Origin: Paraspadella gotoi
Taxonomy: Eukaryota; Animalia; Chaetognatha
Assembly: GCA_051294375.1 (NCBI GenBank)
Contig: CM119264.1
Coordinates: 2,104,481 to 2,168,480 of the forward strand
Length of the DNA: 64,000 nt
Reading direction: 5' to 3'
Part shown: piece after piece, positions 54,901-64,000 of the stretch
Position numbering within the stretch: position 1 is the first letter of the stretch
How the letters are laid out: each line of letters opens with the position of its first letter
Program-made: the position numbers and the translations under genes
The notes under the pieces: generated by a model
What the model was told of the DNA's origin: nothing
Database searches by the model: none
Seen by the model: the letters and a program-made list of their open reading frames with translations, nothing else

Positions 54901-55824
54901 ATAAGACGCCGACGCCGATTCCACCGGAAGAAAGAGGAGCCGTTCCGGTCGACCCTTTACCTGAAATGCCGAAGTCGTTTTCTGGCGCCGGGACGCCCAC
55001 AGGGGTTACGCCTCGTGCACCGCTCGGTAAGTAAGATCGGGGTGAGGTATTAAATTAATAAATGACGCCGATTGTTTTTATAAATATAATAAACGGAATA
55101 ATATTAATTTTTCCTTTTATCAAAGGTGTTTAACGATTAAATTACTAAAACGAAATCGTAAAATTAAATACTTGGTAAAACGGTTTAGGATTCTCCCGGT
55201 CGGTGTTTTTTTTTTTCTGCTTCAAGATTATGAGCTCAAACGTAAGAAAAATTAACTATGGTTTTTCAAACATTAGTCAAACTACCCTTGACCGTAACAA
55301 CCCCTAAATCTTAGCCACCCTTAACCCTAACCAGCCTTAACCCTTACCACCCCTAATTTTTTTTCCTTTGTAGTATAATAACGGTAATGATATACATTTG
55401 AATAGAAAAATAACCGACCGGCTCGATTCAGATCGGCAAAAGTAAAATAGTGCCATATAATTAATTTAGGGTTTAGTCGATTTTTTTAAAGAGCTGCATG
55501 AGAAATGAAAAAAATAGTATACTTTATTACTCAGATTTATGCTGAAAACCTACGTATCTTTAAGAATGACAAATTAAAATATATCTATTTTGGTCGGCGC
55601 TCCCTCCTCCGACAGACTTAGCCCCTCAATCCTTCCCAGTCCACGAAGAGGAGATCCCATCCCTACCGCATGGACCCGGATTCCTGCCTCCGCCTCCCGC
55701 CTTCGATTCCTACATCCCTCCAGAGCAGACGCCGTCGCCTCCTCCCGCCGCGCCGCAGCCGCAGGACGACGCCGCCGGAAACGAAGTTCCGCTCGAGGAG
55801 CCAACGAACCCGCCGCATTTTTAA
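30667..55824 (+). CDS. CFAP126: Flattop/CFAP126, exons 30667-30922, 30995-31135, 54889-55026, 55616-55824 (247 aa); intron 2 is 23.75 kb
   Basis: Exons 1-2: SFSSMQFEDPF, LSNWEVP, TQVVATDRGHLVPG, NPWGNFQGTWDMP, TARS (Flattop domain, high confidence). Exons 3-4 are inferred from ttttAAG/gacAG acceptors, a GTAAGT donor, phase-1 continuity and a Pro-rich tail ending at TAA 55822-55824. Confidence 0.8.
32143..32881. repeat. 18-bp tandem satellite GTTGACCAAATTATGCCA/GTCA
   Basis: Direct tandem units, scrambled at ~32570-32770; explains the LTKLCQ pseudo-ORFs. Confidence 0.92.
32937..33600. repeat. Diverged direct duplication (32937-33214 vs 33312-33600)
   Basis: Shared blocks TTTTTGCATAAAAAAT, AAAAACATCAGATTT, CTCCAATCTGATGTTTTTAGAAAT, TCAAAGTTGT, TACTACCCTCCA. 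Confidence 0.8.
34460..51389 (-). CDS. CENPE: CENP-E-like kinesin-7, exons 51389-51343, 51045-50890, 50642-50427, 50098-49879, 49471-49300, 49178-48932, 48661-48508, 39916-34460; ~2222 aa
   Basis: Motor motifs AVRIRPL, FAYGQTSSGKTHTM (QTSSGKT is typical of kinesin-7), YVEIY, [39 protein letters not shown]; neck VNEFVSDEVLLKR; RRRETWAPG motif; long coiled coil. All junctions are phase-consistent. Confidence 0.85.
40002..40945. mobile_element. Non-autonomous TTAA-targeting DNA transposon (Kolobok-like) in the kinesin intron; duplicate copy at 45051-45986
   Basis: TTAA|GGTCCGGGATCACTCAA ... TTGAGTGATCCCTGGCC|TTAA: TIRs start with GG and are flanked by a TTAA TSD. Confidence 0.75.
41352..46384 (-). 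other. ~5.05-kb tandem copy of 36300-41343 with many homopolymer frameshifts (probable long-read assembly artefact)
   Basis: Near-identical to the adjacent segment, intron and transposon included; differences are mostly 1-bp indels in homopolymers. Confidence 0.8.
46313..48432 (+). mobile_element. Non-autonomous DIRS1-like (tyrosine-recombinase class) element with ITRs and an internal complementary region
   Basis: Begins TTTATGGTTCC and ends GATAGAATTT; ITRs at ~46347-46488 and ~48249-48420; 47425-47509 is the reverse complement of the right end joined to the left end through a shared TTT. No RT or recombinase ORF recognised. Confidence 0.8.
51810..52961 (-). CDS. Intronless 383-aa chimera: Nup98-type GLEBS motif + heptad-repeat coiled coil + C-terminal C3HC4 RING (putative E3 ligase)
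   Basis: aa 22-75 GTPTKFEPVSGSD..KFQCISVMKKYENKSLEELRMADYPKNR aligns by eye to the Nup98 GLEBS GTTIKFNPPTGTD..KHQCITAMKEYESKSLEELRLEDYQANR. DNDRLSK-type heptads follow. The RING is CSICMDEKKDAVLDCGHVACRRCAAKLTLCHLC. Confidence 0.85.
   Translation of the reverse strand: MNYPASNGDPRPGGLLFCYPLGTPTKFEPVSGSDVSMIGDQVQSGLVKFQCISVMKKYENKSLEELRMADYPKNRSLVLGNRFTRLPAKPLFHVATGATAGKEERSTTPLLAKQTRVKPPPEPVPQTKDPSRYQRTVRVVVPLTPPESHRRTVHLVDEKDANIERRKRERDFQTEEDMEMLREKCRKLTAEKRGLRDDNHRLTKDNDRLSKDNDNLSKDNGHLVEEENQTLREKCRKLLEEKKSLMRDNDRLSEDKNRLSKDQDRLVEDKKYLLKHRDRLVEDKNRLGKEKNRLTKDNDRLKQDNNRLADSLKKREEKKEIVDDLLREKENLEDRLRCSICMDEKKDAVLDCGHVACRRCAAKLTLCHLCGARISTVRFMFLD
53768..54129 (+). repeat. Copy of a dispersed repeat ending in ATATTGGTTGTACCAATTTCATAA (others at 19165-19272, 10619-10700 on the minus strand, fragment ~26148-26168)
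   Basis: Shared block GGAGGCCT..AGCCTGTCCA.AGT.AGGG.CAAGATAGCTTATTTATT..AAATGAATGGAT..TTTTATATTGGTTGTACCAATTTCATAA. Confidence 0.75.
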
Positions 55825-57399
55825 AAAGGGAAACTATAAGTAAATCCGAAAATGGTTTTCCTTTATTGTCAACGTCCTGAAAATGTCAATGTCAATGTCC
55901 TAGATCAAACTCAATTTGCTGGAACATGAAAAAAAACTGGAAAAATAAATAAACGGGAATTTTATTTTGGGAATTTTTTTCACGAGAAAAATTCATTCAT
56001 TTATTTTTAAGCACGGAGTGTAAGCGTTTCAATCTGAAATAAATGCTTCAACCGGAAAAAAAAAATAGCTAAAAGAAATGTAGATAGATGTTCAACATTA
56101 CGTGCTGATTTGTCTTGTATTTTTAAGGCATTTCTGGTGGTAAATTTCAAAGAGTCTTTGATAAGTAATGGTATAAATTATAACTTTAACCTTCGATTGA
56201 GTAAGGTTCGAAAAGGAACGTCCGAGCCGATGGTCAAGATTCAATGAAATCAACAACTAAGGCACTATAATCCAATTGGCTCGGCGCGTCCCAGTTTTAT
56301 TTTTTGTTTCCCACAACCTTGATGTTAAGAATTCAAAAGAGATTTGTTACAGAAACACAGCGTGGGGGGACACCATGAACTTTTGATATTTCACGACTCG
56401 ATTGGTAGGTTCGTTACGTTATATAACTGTTTAAAAAGATGTTCACTAGTTCACTGGCGGGAAGACCTCTATAACATTTTCAATCTCGCGAAACTACCAA
56501 ATGCAGATGTTCTTATCAAAAGCAGGTGTTCTCTTTGGAAGGCATGTTAGGTTAGGTGTTGAAGAGAATAACGTTAAATATATACGTTTAATGAAAGGAT
56601 AATCTGAAAGGAACGGCTGGACAATTCGCTGAGATGTTTTCAATCTCCTTTCATTGGCCGGCGTTTAAAAAATGGTTGAATCGAGTTGGTAAAAATATAG
56701 CAAGTTTCTTTTTTTTTTCCCCACTGGAATCAAATTTACGTTATTCTCCGGAGCCCAAAAACGAAAAGGAGAAAAAAAAGGTTCAAACCCAACTTTCCAC
56801 GCATCCTGAGTTTTATGATGACGATCAAACCAAGCGTCTTTTCACACACTAGATCCGAGTCGTGGGATTCGAAGAGCGGACGCCGCCCTCGATCGATCCG
56901 CGCGATGGAGCGAGGAATCCAAATCCCTTATAACAATAAATTACTTCTAAGACGAATGACGCCGTCGTCGTGGTCGACGTCCCAACTCAAAACCCACGAC
57001 TCGGGGGATCAACTCGATAAACAAAACTGGGGGGAGGGAAACGGCAACAGTTGATCGGATTTATTTACTTGTTTTTGTTTTGTTTTTTTTTTGCACACGG
57101 AATTTACGGTTCGCGAAAAGTTGATTGAGTATATAAAACAGGCCGTGTAAATACCGCTGACCAAATAATAGTGTGCTAATTATCAATTAAACCTTTTTTT
57201 TTGATGTAATCGAAAAAATCGGAAGAGGAAAAAATTAACTGAAAAAAGTAAGTTTGTTGGAAGACGGTTTAGGAAAAAAAAATGCTAAAGCTGAACATAC
57301 TACGTTGGAACTAACGCCTTCCCGATATCGACTAAGCTTAATGGATGACTTAGATTCTTAGGTAGAGGGAGACGCGAACGGGACGCGATATCTCTCGCT

Positions 57400-60300
57400 T
57401 TAAACACTCGATTCGTTTCTGGGAATTTCCGCCGGAGCCCCGTCGTCTTCTCCTGGAGAAATAAAAATATTAATAATAAATATTAATTAGTATTTCATAA
57501 AAGGTCAATAAAAACTTACCTTTGCCTCCCCTTCCTCTTCCACGGCCCCTGCTCCTGCCTCGTCCACGGAATCCGCCGCGGGGCGCCCCACGGAAGCCGC
57601 CCCTGGGATATCCCCTGAATCCACCCCTCCCTCCTCGTCCGCCACGCGGAGGACCCACTGGGGCCGTCATCATTTGCCCCTCGCCGCCGTCCATGACATG
57701 GCCGCCGCCCATTCCGGGTCCGCCGCGAGGGCGATAACGATACCCGCGATAGTAACCGCCTTATTGAGTAACGAGTTAATAACGCCGAACGCAATGACCT
57801 CATCGAAAACAATTCAAGTCTGGACTGACCTCCACGTCGTGGCCCGCCCCTGCCACGATAACCTCCGCGGTAAAAGGGACGTCCTCGTCCTCTGCCACGG
57901 CCTCTTCCTCTGCCTCTTCCTTGCCCGGGACCCTCCTCCTCCATGTATTCTCCCTCTCCGTTCTCCATGCCTTCTGGTCCTTCTCCCTCCCCATCTTCTT
58001 TTCCTTCACCTGACAACAGAATTAGAAAAGAATTTTTAACAAACTTTCTTAAAAAAAAATAACAGCGACTGTTAATACTCTCCAAATATTATTATTACTA
58101 CAAATATTGTATACCGTGTAATACCTAAACTGAATGACGTGGTCTAGAAATCTATATTGAACGTCGTTCCGCAGAATTTGGAATGCAGTAGTAAGAAAGA
58201 CGAAAGAGAAAAATATAATAAAGAGAAAATGAGAAAAATACCACCGAGAAAAATTGTGAAACAACCACGCACCTTAGAAGATAATTTATATAATTTATAT
58301 AAACTAATTTATTTGGAACTACGCATAAAATCTTGTTTACTTTTTGGGAGTTTTAGCAATCACCATCAGCAGAATACAAGCACGAGATTTTCACATTTTC
58401 GCAAACTCATTTTCATTTATGAAGACCAAAAGTTTGAAAACGATATAAAACGACCGAAAGTAACAGGACAGATAAGAAATGACAATCGGTTCGGAACAAA
58501 TGCTGTACAAAATTCGATGAACATTTACATAAAGTATTCCTATGGCCATGCAACTAGCACTATCGACATTTTTTATATTGAACCCCTGAGCCGAGATGTG
58601 GGGCCTTTGAGGCTGCAACCCTAGGGGGAAACGATGTCACAAATTATTTTATTGTGGCGTGGCATTGGTTTCTCAGAATAGTGGAGACTGACGAGCCTTA
58701 ATCAAAACTCCTTTCAAGGAAAAACCCATGGATTTCTTTGGGCGAAATCAAGATGAGATTTATTTCAGTAAAACTATGAAGACGGTGAGACACACGCAGG
58801 TGTCTTTTGTCAATGCTAAGTCTCAATAAACAAGCTAGATCTATTTATAGTTTTGTCACAACATTTAAGGAAAACTCATGGATTTCTAGGGCGAAATCAC
58901 GTTGAGATTTATTTCAGTAAAACTATGGTGACGGTGAGACACACGCAGGAGTCTTCGGTCAATGCTAAGTCTCAATAAATAAGCTAGGTTAGATTTGTGG
59001 AAGAGCTAAGGTCCTGCGAAGGAATGAATTTTTTTTACAGGATCAGTTGCGATGATGTATGAGTAATGTGAAGAGATGATTTTGAAGCCCAATTTGATCA
59101 ATTTTAATTGATTCTTGTGATTGAAGATGTGAAGACCATCATCTTTCTCTTAGTTTTAAAATCTGAAAATAAAGATAAAATAGTTTTTTGCTGGTAGTAA
59201 ATATGTTTTTGTAGATGAAATAAGTCTATCCATCTATTTCTTTTGGAAAAATTAACAATGTATGGCCATAAGGATACGCAGTACCAAATTTCATCAAGTT
59301 CAGTTCAGTAGTTTGCTCAGAAACGATTCTGCGCTCGAAAAAAAGATCAATGATTTTTTAATAATTAATATGAAGTTAATAATTCATAAGTACTAGATTT
59401 TCCCTTAAGAGAAAGGATATTAAAAGAAATTAAGATAAGATAACCGAAAATTTTTTTAGTAAAACTGGACTGCCGGTTACATATAGACATAAAACCTTTA
59501 CACAAGGTTGCATTGACCGGTGATTAACAAGAAACGTTAAATACCAGCTAATTAATAATATCGTTTATATTAAATTCATATAACTCGCCAGCCCGTTTAG
59601 TTATTTACTGCGTTGCTGCATAAAGTGAGACCATCCGGCGAGTTTAGCAGAAACAGTGAAGCGGAAATGGATAGAGAGCGAGAGATGAGGAGTGCAATCG
59701 AGCGGTGCTTTTAGACTAATACTGACTGGGTCTTAACCCGAAATACCAAAAGCTTACCATATGGGTCCCACTCAAGATTTTCCTGAGTTGGCTCCTCCAA
59801 ATCTATGAGGCCGCATGGCAGAAAGCGAAAGAACCAAGTCAAAAAGTTGTTGCCAAACAAGTCACGCTCAACATGCGCGGATTTTTCATTAGCACGCCCA
59901 AAATCACCCATCGAAATTCTTACCTTTTCGAGGGCGGCGGTAAAATCGACGGCGGAGCGCTGCGTACTTGCTACCTTCCACCGGATTACCCTCGGGACCA
60001 GTCACATTCGCGGCTTCGTTGCCCTAAAAAGTAGTATTTAAGTAATGTGGTAAATCGCGTAAGCGAAAAACTAACTAAAAGTCGTACATTCGATTATTTC
60101 TTCTTTTTTTTTTACATAAGATATCAGCAAGACTACTTTAATTCTGCTATCGCTAAAATTTTCAAATTGATTTGGATTTAATAAGATCGTTCGGTATTTA
60201 AAGTCGTCGCTTTCAAAACGTAAATTTTTCCCTCATCGAATTAATCAAAACATTTACAATTATAATCCAATTTCTTTAAGGATTAGAAGTGAGTACATCC

Positions 60301-60710
60301 TCAATCATCGTCTTTATATCCCAAGCTTTCCCCTCGATTCTCTCAAGTTTAAATCTTTCTTCTTTTTAACAACCTCGCTTGGCGGCTAACGATTTCACCC
60401 CTAACGCAGCGGCTGAGGCAGGCTGCAGTTACGGCTGCAGAAACGGCAGCAGCAGCTTTTCGAACTCCAATGGTATTTAGACTCTCCCTCTCTCGCCTTA
60501 GAGCAAGAAGAGTCGGTGCACGTTGGCCGAGAGAGGAGCTCGTTCGAGGCGACGGGATAGAGGGGAGGGAAAGGGCGTTGTGGTGTTGGGAACAGGGGGG
60601 GAGGGGGGGAGGGGCGAAGAAGAGGAGACGCGTTCGACTCTTTGGCTATCACGCATCATGGGCTCATGAAAACAGATCGGGGGATCCTTCTTCGCCCTTA
60701 GTCGGAACGA

Positions 60711-60766
<56 letters not shown>

Positions 60767-61409
60767 CTTTCTGAGGGAGAGGTCGAAATATACGGCGAAT
60801 TTGGGACATTCGATCCATGATTTTTAAAAGGCGTTTTGACTAAAGTTTTCTCATGAATTAATAGAACAAGAACACACTTTCCTTTCACCAACTATTCGCC
60901 CCAGAAAACGCGAGCACTTGACGCAATCGATGTACCACAGACTCACTTAATTATCACTCACTATGACCCAGTCTTCGATGCCCACAATGAGACTCCCGAC
61001 CCCTCCCACTCACCTTCTCCCCCTCGACGACGTCGAACTCGACCTTTTCTCCGTCTCCAACGGATCGAAGATACTTCTTGGGATTGTTCTTGACGATGGC
61101 GGTCTGATGGACGAAGACGTCCTCCTTGGTGTCGTCGCGGTTGATGAAGCCGTAGCCCGACTTCACGTTGAACCACTTGACCGTCCCCGTCACTTTCGCA
61201 GCCACCACCGTCTTGGGCGCGGCGTCTTCCTCCGCGTCGGCCGAGTGGCCGTCGGCGGCGGCGCCGGCCGGCGGCTCCTCCTCCGACTTCATAAGGTTCT
61301 CTTTCGTCGGCTCGGTCGAGGGCGGCGCCGTGGCGACGGGCGCGGCGGTGACGACGGGCGCCGGCTGCTGGGGCTGCTCGGGCGCCGCCTTCTGCTCAGA
61401 ATCTGCCAT
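57400..61409 (-). CDS. YBX: Y-box binding cold-shock-domain protein, exons 61409-61014, 60023-59924, 58009-57830, 57759-57520, 57452-57400; ~322 aa
   Basis: [77 protein letters not shown]; Ala/Pro-rich N-terminus; RGG-rich tail. Confidence 0.95.
58717..58987. repeat. ~120-bp direct duplication in Y-box intron 2
   Basis: AAGGAAAAC.CATGGATTTCT..GGGCGAAATCA..GAGATTTATTTCAGTAAAACTATG..GACGGTGAGACACACGCAGG..GTCAATGCTAAGTCTCAATAAA.AAGCTAG occurs twice, ~150 bp apart. Confidence 0.85.
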
Positions 61410-61610
61410 TATATTTTCGAGCGGTTTGGTGTCGGGCGGGTTTGATCGGACGTTGGAATTGGGTAGTCCTCTCGCTCTCGCCGCCGGCGTCAAGATGGAA
61501 TCGCGCGCGTTCGCTCTTCTTCTACGCTGCTGCTGCTAAAGGATGGAAACGAAAATTGATTTAGATACATATTATTTAATACTAAATTGTATTGAATAAA
61601 AATAATGCGA

Positions 61611-61767
61611 TCCTGGAGTTGAATACGTTCTGGAAGCTCATGGGAAAATGAATAAGAAGATAAAAAAAAATATTTTTTATGGAAAAAAAAATAACTTCTC
61701 TTTTTCCATTAATTTAAACGTGCTCTTCATTTTCCCATAAGCCTCCAGAGCGTATTCAACTCCAGGA
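61611..61767. mobile_element. MITE-like foldback (~157 bp) just upstream of the Y-box gene
   Basis: TCCTGGAGTTGAATACGTTCTGGAAGCTCATGGGAAAATGAA pairs with TTCATTTTCCCATAAGCCTCCAGAGCGTATTCAACTCCAGGA; flanks are ATGCGA and ATGCTA. Confidence 0.7.
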
Positions 61768-63119
61768 ATGCTAAAACCACAATCATTATCTCCCAAGCAC
61801 CAATTATGAACGATCAGTAAAGTTATGCCTCGCTATAACTTCCATAACAAAAAAACCTGGTCGAATATACATAGTAAACGAAATAAAACCAGGCGTCAAC
61901 TTCTCTTTACGAGTTTCTCAACCCGTCAAAGCAAACCCCAACTCACCTATCTTGATGGTAAAGCAGGCTTAGAGCCAGTTTAAAAAAAGCTCTCATACAA
62001 TCATGGAGGTCTTCTTTCCAGATTGCCGGCGCATGCTAATGAAAAAATTCGCCCAACTTATTCACTCTCTCTCTCGAGCGATGATCTTCTTCTTTTCCCC
62101 CTTTTCTTTTTACTCTTCTTCTTCTTCTTCTTCTTTTCTTCCTTCTTCCGAGCAGAATAACCTTTTCACTCTTTATCCTTCCAACGAGGCCTCTCGCGGG
62201 CGATGGAGTTAGGCTCGATCCGGGCCGCGTTGAATCAAGACGGATTTTCGAGACGTGACTTTTCTCGAAAAGCGAGAAGCGGCGCTTGTGCGTAGAAAAC
62301 AAAAGACTCGTTCCAGAGATGAACGAGGAAAGGGAAAGAATTTGCAAGACTTGCCAGGAGGGCGTCGAACAGGAAAAATATTAAAAATAAGGATCGAAAA
62401 TTTACTAGCTATTTATTATGTCTACAACAATTAATCTGCAAAAAAAAAAAAAAAAAAAATAAAATATATATAACTGATGCGAATCAAACAAAGATGCAGT
62501 ATTGCATGATTATCAATAACAACAACTGTAAAAGTGAGGCAATGAGGAAAAATAGCCTGAGGCGACTTACCACAGGACTCGGTTACAATAACTTTCCTTC
62601 CTATGTATTTCGGGCCAGTCGGTCACCAAGGTCACTTTGCCCCATCTTTAGACTGTTTTGTCCTATTAATGTGTCCACTGTCCATTCGGGGCTAAGGCAA
62701 AGCGACCGTGGTGACCAACTGACCAAAAACAGAGAAGGTCTGTGGTAAATAGCCTCACCTCAAAACTAAAAAAAATGTAAAAGGTATAATAATTTGTGAT
62801 AAGCGTGTTTGGTCTTCAAAAAAAAGAGGCCTTTTTGAAAGACTCAATAAAAAGAAAACCAGTTTAAATATAAAAAAAAATTTCAAACAAGTTGAAAGAT
62901 GTGTCATAGATTAAATCATTTATTAAGTCGCCTCTCATAAAATTGGTCAAACTAAGTCAAGAATGTGTTTTGCTTTTTTTTTTTAAATTGCAATCAATTT
63001 AGCACTAAATTATTTAAAGAAAATACGAAACCGAGTAGTGCTTGTAGTTTGAGAATTAAATTAAGTTTTGTAATTTAAGCAATTTTCTTTTCCATAATTT
63101 TGAACTTAATTTATTCCAA

Positions 63120-63945
63120 TTAAGCAACATCGGATTTTTTTCTCCGTAAGGCCTCCATTTCCTCCGCCGGTTCTTTACAACCCAGATGATCCGGATGATC
63201 CGGATGATCCGGAGGATCCGTATCATCGACATGATGATCCAAATGATCCCAATTTCTTTTCCGCGCTTCGACGAAAACGCCTGAGCCAAATTTTAAAAAT
63301 AATTAACTAATACTATTAACTTTTAGTCTTAGCTTTTTTTGATGCTCGTGTATGTGCTGAATCAACCTTGTTGAATTCGAAATAAAACGCATATTATCTT
63401 CGTCTAGAAGGGACTGACCCAAATAGATGAGAGAGGCCGGGACGGCGCAGACGATGACTAGGATGTGGACGAGAAAGTGATATCGCTCCATGTCGTAGAG
63501 GAAGCACTGCTTGAGCGAGCCACATTGTACCTTCCACACTCGACACGTGGAGTCGATGAGGGGACCGATCAAAAACGCAGAAAATCCCCCACTCAACAGG
63601 GAATTGGAAATGTTGCCCAGACCCGTGGCGATGGCCTTTTGTCCGTCTTTGATGGCTCGGAACTGGAGAGAGAGAGAGAGATTAAGAGCGGGGGGAAGAG
63701 GCGGAAGTCTCTAGTTTCCGTCCAACCTTCAGAGAGACAAAGATTCAATTTACCTTGGTGAGCGTCTCGCTGATTTCGTTGGAATTCCCGACGATGGCCC
63801 AGACGCAAATGACGACGACGTAGACGACGCTGTTGACGCAAAAGGCTCGATCGCAATATCCTAATTTGGCGTCGAAGGGAAACGCGTCTTCGTCGTGGAT
63901 CGAGGATTCGACGCACGAACAATTGGAGAAAAACGTTTCCTCTCC
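63120..63945 (-). CDS. SLCO: 3' exons of an OATP/SLCO organic anion transporter (~63945-63754, 63662-63419, 63280-63120); gene continues beyond the window
   Basis: FSNCSC..AKLGYCDRAFC (end of the Cys-rich loop), RAIKDGQKAIATG, IGPLIDSTCRVWKVQCGSLKQCFLYD signature, TM12 then a short tail to TAA at 63120. Confidence 0.85.
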
Positions 63946-64000
63946 CTTTTTAACATTTTATTTAAATTTTTTTTATAAAACTTAAGCTGAAAAAATCTAC

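Noticed and set aside
55298-55356. CCCTAA-like interstitial telomeric repeats
   Set aside because: Only a few degenerate units; not distinguishable from low-complexity sequence.
58689-58770. CTGACGAGCC..GGGCGAAA hammerhead-like motif in the Y-box intron
   Set aside because: Stem II loop too long and no consistent stem I.
63303-63418. C-terminus of the 63303-63596 ORF as the OATP end
   Set aside because: A G|GTCAGT donor at 63419 and an in-phase exon at 63280-63120 give a better TM12 and tail, so this part is probably intron.

Overview
Eukaryotic (invertebrate metazoan-like) genomic DNA with AT-rich introns, (AG)n microsatellites, GC-rich exons, GT-AG introns and two 25-N gaps. Genes assembled by hand from splice signals: the 3' end of an unidentified gene, MOB2, DLEC1/CFAP81, a Src42A/FRK-type kinase, a divergent SUMO, Flattop/CFAP126, a CENP-E-like kinesin-7, an intronless Nup98-GLEBS + coiled-coil + RING chimera, a Y-box protein and the 3' end of an OATP/SLCO transporter. 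Main discovery: Flattop appears to be split by a 23.5-kb insertion in intron 2 (31236-54778; about 18.5 kb after removing a probable 5-kb assembly duplication). The insertion is bounded by ~200-bp imperfect terminal inverted repeats and a perfect 10-bp direct repeat GCAACGAGTA, i.e. a Mutator/Pack-MULE-like giant element. It has no visible transposase but carries two intact genes related to chromosome segregation: a full intron-containing CENP-E-like kinesin and the GLEBS-RING putative E3 ligase. Nested inside it are a non-autonomous DIRS-type element, a TTAA (Kolobok-like) element and a TIR element carrying an 18-bp satellite. All calls are by eye; no database searches were run.
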